A program made the translations under genes and the position numbers. This document shows positions 60,626-64,000 of a stretch of 64,000 nt of DNA, one piece after another. Position 1 is the stretch's first letter, and every line of letters starts with the position of its first letter. The notes beneath the pieces were generated by a model that had not been told where the DNA came from, ran no database searches, and saw nothing but the letters and a program-made list of their open reading frames with translations. The stretch is from Eubacteriales bacterium (GTDB taxonomy: Bacteria > Bacillota > Clostridia > Christensenellales > JAWKQI01), in NCBI GenBank assembly GCA_041390245.1, contig JAWKQI010000001.1, positions 235,558 through 299,557 on the forward strand, read 5' to 3'.

Positions 60626-61348
60626 TTACTTCACTATTAATATTCTGCCACAGTTATCGCATTCAAAAATTTTACTGCTGTTTTTCATGCTTCCTAAGTT
60701 TCCAGAAGGAAGCTGCATATTACAGCCGGAGCATTTGTTTCCTTCGATGATGAATGCAACCGGGTCTTTTACTGTCCTCTTAATTAAATTATACTTCTTC
60801 ATAATGGAAGCGTCAATTCCCTTGGCGACCTTATCCGCCTTTTTCTTAAGTTCTGTTATTTCAGGAGAACCATCTTCCATTTCTTTTAAATATATAAGCT
60901 TTAATTCGTTAAACTCTTTTTTTACCTTAGACATCTGCGGCAATATATTTTTTAATTCCTCATCTGCCTTTTCAGAAGCTTTTTTTGCTTCCAGAACCAA
61001 CCTTTTATTCTTAGAAATCATGTCCATAACTGCTTCATGCTCGTGAAGCATCCCTTTTATATCATCAATAGATTTACCACCTGTATCATTACTTAAATTA
61101 TCTAGTTTCTTATCAAGTTCTTGCTTCTCCGAAACAAGTTTCAGCGTTGCATTTTCAACTTCTGCTATAGTATTTTGGCGCACTAAAATATCTTTTTCTA
61201 TGCGTTTAATAACGTTGTTCGCATTTTGAAAATATTTCTGACGCACAAGTAATTTTTTGCGTGTGTCCGTCTCTTTAAATTTTAACTCTCTCTCTTCAAG
61301 TTCTAATTCTATCTGCTGATATTCGTAGAGTTTTGCCAGCTGATCCAA
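60626..61348 (-). CDS. C4-type zinc-ribbon / coiled-coil protein (DUF164 family)
   Basis: 240 aa with a long coiled coil and a C-terminal CSGCNMQLP..CDNCGRIL zinc ribbon. It lies downstream of a Nif3 gene, as is usual for this family. Confidence 0.75.
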   Translation of the reverse strand: MDQLAKLYEYQQIELELEERELKFKETDTRKKLLVRQKYFQNANNVIKRIEKDILVRQNTIAEVENATLKLVSEKQELDKKLDNLSNDTGGKSIDDIKGMLHEHEAVMDMISKNKRLVLEAKKASEKADEELKNILPQMSKVKKEFNELKLIYLKEMEDGSPEITELKKKADKVAKGIDASIMKKYNLIKRTVKDPVAFIIEGNKCSGCNMQLPSGNLGSMKNSSKIFECDNCGRILIVK

Positions 61349-61371
61349 ATATCTTCCCTCCTAAAATCATC

Positions 61372-62475
61372 TTAAATGTAAATATACGGACATCTTTTCT
61401 CTTCTTCAAAAAGCTGTACATTATATTTTACTATATTCTTGCTTTCTTGTAAACAGGAATAGATTGCATTTACGAATACGATTTCCGTTTCGTAATGCCC
61501 TGCCTCGATTAGCAGCATACCCATTTTCTTTGCCGTTAAATGCGTTGAATATTTTAACTCCCCTGTTATAAATGCGTCTGCTCCTGCAATATATGCACTT
61601 TTAGTTAAACCGTCTCCACCTCCTCCGCAAACGCATACTTTTCTTATTTTCATATTCATATCGCCTGATACCCGCAAGGTATTTAAATTTAATTTTTCCT
61701 TTATGAATTTTAGGAAATCCTTTGCAGCAATATCATTTTTTAGCTCGCCTATTCTTGCAATTCCTATTTCTTTAACAGGACTTTTAAGTTTATAAACATC
61801 TATAACCGGGCATTCATACGGATGTGCCTCTTTAATAAACGTTAACACATCATCTAAAATATCCGGGTTTAGAATAAACTCTATCCTGGTCTCTTCAACA
61901 CTCGTTTGATTGTTTTCACTCCCTATAAACGGATCCGTGCATTCCCCCGGGCGAAATGTGCCGACTCCAAAACTTCTAAATGAACATGAAGTGTAATCGC
62001 CGATAGTTGCGGCTCCTGCTGAAACCGCAGCTTCAAAAACCGTATCTTCATAGCCTTTGGGCACAAACACCACAGCTTTTAGATAGTTGTCCTCTTGTTC
62101 GGCTATAACTTTAACTTTGTTAAGCCCAAGTTTTTTTGCAAGGGCATCGTTTATACCGCCACTGCATGCGTCAAACGTCGTATGAGCACTGTATAAAGAT
62201 ATTCCGTTTATAATAAGCTTTGCTATCAACTCTCCTTGTTCATCTTCAGAACTTATCCTCTTTATAGCATTAAACATTATAGGATGATGAGTTAGAATCA
62301 TGTTGCATTTTTTTAAAATAGCCTGATCAATCACTTCTTCTTTTAAGTCCAAGGCTATCATAATACCGGTTATGTCTTTGCCTAAATCTATAATAAGGCC
62401 GCTGTTGTCCCATGAGCAGGCAGTTTTTTCCGGTGCTATCTTATCTATTATCTTTGCAAATTCACATGGTTTCAT
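61372..62475 (-). CDS. Nif3-like dinuclear metal centre protein (YqfO-like, with PII-like insert)
   Basis: 367 aa with ..WDNSGLIID.., ..ILTHHPIMF.., ..AHTTFD.., ..EAGHYETE... Confidence 0.85.
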   Translation of the reverse strand: MKPCEFAKIIDKIAPEKTACSWDNSGLIIDLGKDITGIMIALDLKEEVIDQAILKKCNMILTHHPIMFNAIKRISSEDEQGELIAKLIINGISLYSAHTTFDACSGGINDALAKKLGLNKVKVIAEQEDNYLKAVVFVPKGYEDTVFEAAVSAGAATIGDYTSCSFRSFGVGTFRPGECTDPFIGSENNQTSVEETRIEFILNPDILDDVLTFIKEAHPYECPVIDVYKLKSPVKEIGIARIGELKNDIAAKDFLKFIKEKLNLNTLRVSGDMNMKIRKVCVCGGGGDGLTKSAYIAGADAFITGELKYSTHLTAKKMGMLLIEAGHYETEIVFVNAIYSCLQESKNIVKYNVQLFEEEKRCPYIYI

Positions 62476-63160
62476 ATTTTTTCAACAACTCCTTTAATTC
62501 CCCAAGCCTTTTAACTGACGTTTTGTACGCGCTTACCGCCCGTTTTGAGGTAGACCCATTTGCGGTCTGCCCCATTTTTTGCATCTCGTGTATCCTTTTT
62601 TTTATCAGCTGTTTTAAATAAGGCCCGCCTTTTTTTATATTGATCCGTCCAAACTCCAGTTCGTTTTCCGAATATGTCTCTTCATAACCTGGTACATAAA
62701 GCATTAATTGGTATATCCATCTGCCATCTTTGACTAAATCTTCATTCAATATTTTAAAGCCTGCCTCATTCAGACATTTTCTCAAAGCAGCTACAGATGT
62801 GTGCGGGCTTATGAGCAGATAGTCTGCACTTTTTGCAATTTTGATGTTACCCCTAATTATATTTGAAATCAAATCTCCGCCGAGTCCGCAAATGGCAATA
62901 AGGTCTGCCTCGCCTTCCTTAAGTACAGAAAGCCCGTCTCCTACCCTTAAGCTAACACTGTTCTTAAAATTTTCCTGTTCTAAATAAAAAACGGCCTTTT
63001 TTATGGATTTTTCACTAATGTCACTTGCAATACCTTTTTTAGCTTTAGCGGATTTTATAAACTTTATGGTTAAGAGCGCATGGTCGCACCCTATATCGGC
63101 AATGGTTTCAATTTGCGGAGAAATATTCAAAAGGGCATTTAAACGGACTGAATTCCTCAC
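62462..63160 (-). CDS. trmK: tRNA (adenine22-N1)-methyltransferase
   Basis: 232 aa with ..IADIGCDHALL.., ..DGLSVL.., ..IAICGLGGDLI... It lies downstream of sigA, as Bacillus yqfN does. Confidence 0.8.
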   Translation of the reverse strand: MRNSVRLNALLNISPQIETIADIGCDHALLTIKFIKSAKAKKGIASDISEKSIKKAVFYLEQENFKNSVSLRVGDGLSVLKEGEADLIAICGLGGDLISNIIRGNIKIAKSADYLLISPHTSVAALRKCLNEAGFKILNEDLVKDGRWIYQLMLYVPGYEETYSENELEFGRINIKKGGPYLKQLIKKRIHEMQKMGQTANGSTSKRAVSAYKTSVKRLGELKELLKKYETM

Positions 63161-63192
63161 ATGTTCTCCTTTTAATTAATTTGGCATAAGTT

Positions 63193-63217
63193 AAAAAATG
63201 CACTTCCCGTGCATTTT
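63193..63217 (-). terminator. Rho-independent terminator after rpoD
   Basis: ATGCAC / GTGCAT stem (63199-63204... / 63209-63214) with a 5-nt loop, followed on the minus strand by a T6 run. Confidence 0.65.
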
Positions 63218-63240
63218 AAAACTAATTTTCAAGCTAAAAT

Positions 63241-64000
63241 TTAATTTAGGAAATCCCGCAATTTCTTGCTTCGGCTTGGATGCCTTAATTTTCTCAATGC
63301 TTTTGCTTCTATTTGTCTAATACGCTCACGCGTAACATTAAATTCCTTACCTACTTCTTCAAGCGTCCTTGCCCGGCCGTCATCTAAACCAAAGCGCAAC
63401 CTTAAAACCTTTTCTTCTCTTGGAGTCAAAGTATCTAAAACATCTGTTAATTGTTCTTTTAAAAGGGTAAATGCAGCCGCATCAGCGGGCTCCGGAACAT
63501 CGTCATCCGGAATAAAGTCACCTAAGTGGCTGTCTTCTTCTTCACCTATCGGCGTTTCTAAAGACACAGGCTCTTGTGCTATCTTTATTATTTCCATAAC
63601 CTTTTCTTTAGAAATATCCATTTCACGGGCTATTTCTTCAGGATGTGGATCCCTTCCGTACTGCTGCAACAGTTTCCTTGACACTCGTATTAGTTTATTA
63701 ATAGTTTCAACCATATGTACAGGGATACGGATCGTCCTCGCCTGGTCCGCAATAGCGCGGGTTATAGACTGGCGTATCCACCAAGTCGCATATGTAGAAA
63801 ACTTATATCCTTTTCTATAATCGAACTTTTCAACGGCTTTTATAAGCCCTAAGTTTCCCTCCTGAATCAAATCCAAAAACTGCATGCCACGGCCGACATA
63901 ACGTTTCGCTATGCTAACGACCAACCTTAAATTAGCTTCGGCTAGTTTTCTCTTTGCAGCTTCGTCGCCATCGTTCATCCTTTGTGCTAAATCGATTTCT
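63241..64000 (-). CDS. rpoD: primary sigma factor RpoD/SigA, C-terminal ~250 aa (5' end beyond the right window edge)
   Basis: ..[59 protein letters not shown].., region 4 ..[30 protein letters not shown]... The frame stays open to position 64000 (..[12 protein letters not shown]..). Confidence 0.95.
   Translation of the reverse strand, partial: EIDLAQRMNDGDEAAKRKLAEANLRLVVSIAKRYVGRGMQFLDLIQEGNLGLIKAVEKFDYRKGYKFSTYATWWIRQSITRAIADQARTIRIPVHMVETINKLIRVSRKLLQQYGRDPHPEEIAREMDISKEKVMEIIKIAQEPVSLETPIGEEEDSHLGDFIPDDDVPEPADAAAFTLLKEQLTDVLDTLTPREEKVLRLRFGLDDGRARTLEEVGKEFNVTRERIRQIEAKALRKLRHPSRSKKLRDFLN

Noticed and set aside
60395-60640. 81-aa plus-strand ORF, and a GC-rich island that could be mistaken for a foreign insert.
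   Set aside because: The GC-rich segment is fully explained by the RNase P RNA gene on the minus strand. The ORF is a by-product of its GC content.

Overview
AT-rich (roughly high-30s % GC by eye) core-chromosome segment of an endospore-forming Firmicute, most likely a member of the Clostridia. It holds about 60 genes, and all but three (rqcH, argG, argH) are on the minus strand. Content from left to right: an EndoQ-like PHP nuclease fused to a UvrD helicase (runs off the left edge), an ablA-ablB (lysine 2,3-aminomutase / beta-lysine acetyltransferase) pair, ispH-S1 fusion, plsC, cmk, a HutP-family gene, a flavoprotein, an RpiR regulator, surE, rluB, dacB-ytfJ, scpAB, lysA, a second Dac-like gene, punA-deoB, spoIIM, spo0A, spoIVB, rqcH, gap, tgt-queA-ruvBAC, argGH, then sigG-sigE-spoIIGA. 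Next comes a complete dcw cluster (ftsZ, ftsA, ftsQ, murA, spoVE/ftsW, murD, mraY, murE, spoVD-like PBP, ftsL, rsmH, mraZ), followed by engB, lon, clpX, clpP, tig, RNase P RNA, a DUF164 zinc-ribbon gene, nif3, trmK and the 3' part of rpoD/sigA. I found no mobile elements, CRISPR arrays, tRNA/rRNA genes, defence islands or toxin-antitoxin-like pairs, so this is an ordinary housekeeping/sporulation region and I do not claim a novel system. The most striking property is technical or degenerative: eleven single-base indels, mostly in homopolymer runs, break nine conserved genes, including ftsZ, murD, murE and cmk. This most likely reflects consensus errors in the assembly. Items worth a second look: the EndoQ-helicase fusion; an orphan perfect sigma-A promoter plus structured region between argH and sigG (candidate sRNA or antisense transcript); an apparently leaderless ruvC; a Dac paralogue lacking the catalytic serine; a Spo0A with a DN instead of DD acidic pocket; a eukaryote/E. 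coli-type stand-alone GAPDH; and the ablAB compatible-solute genes.
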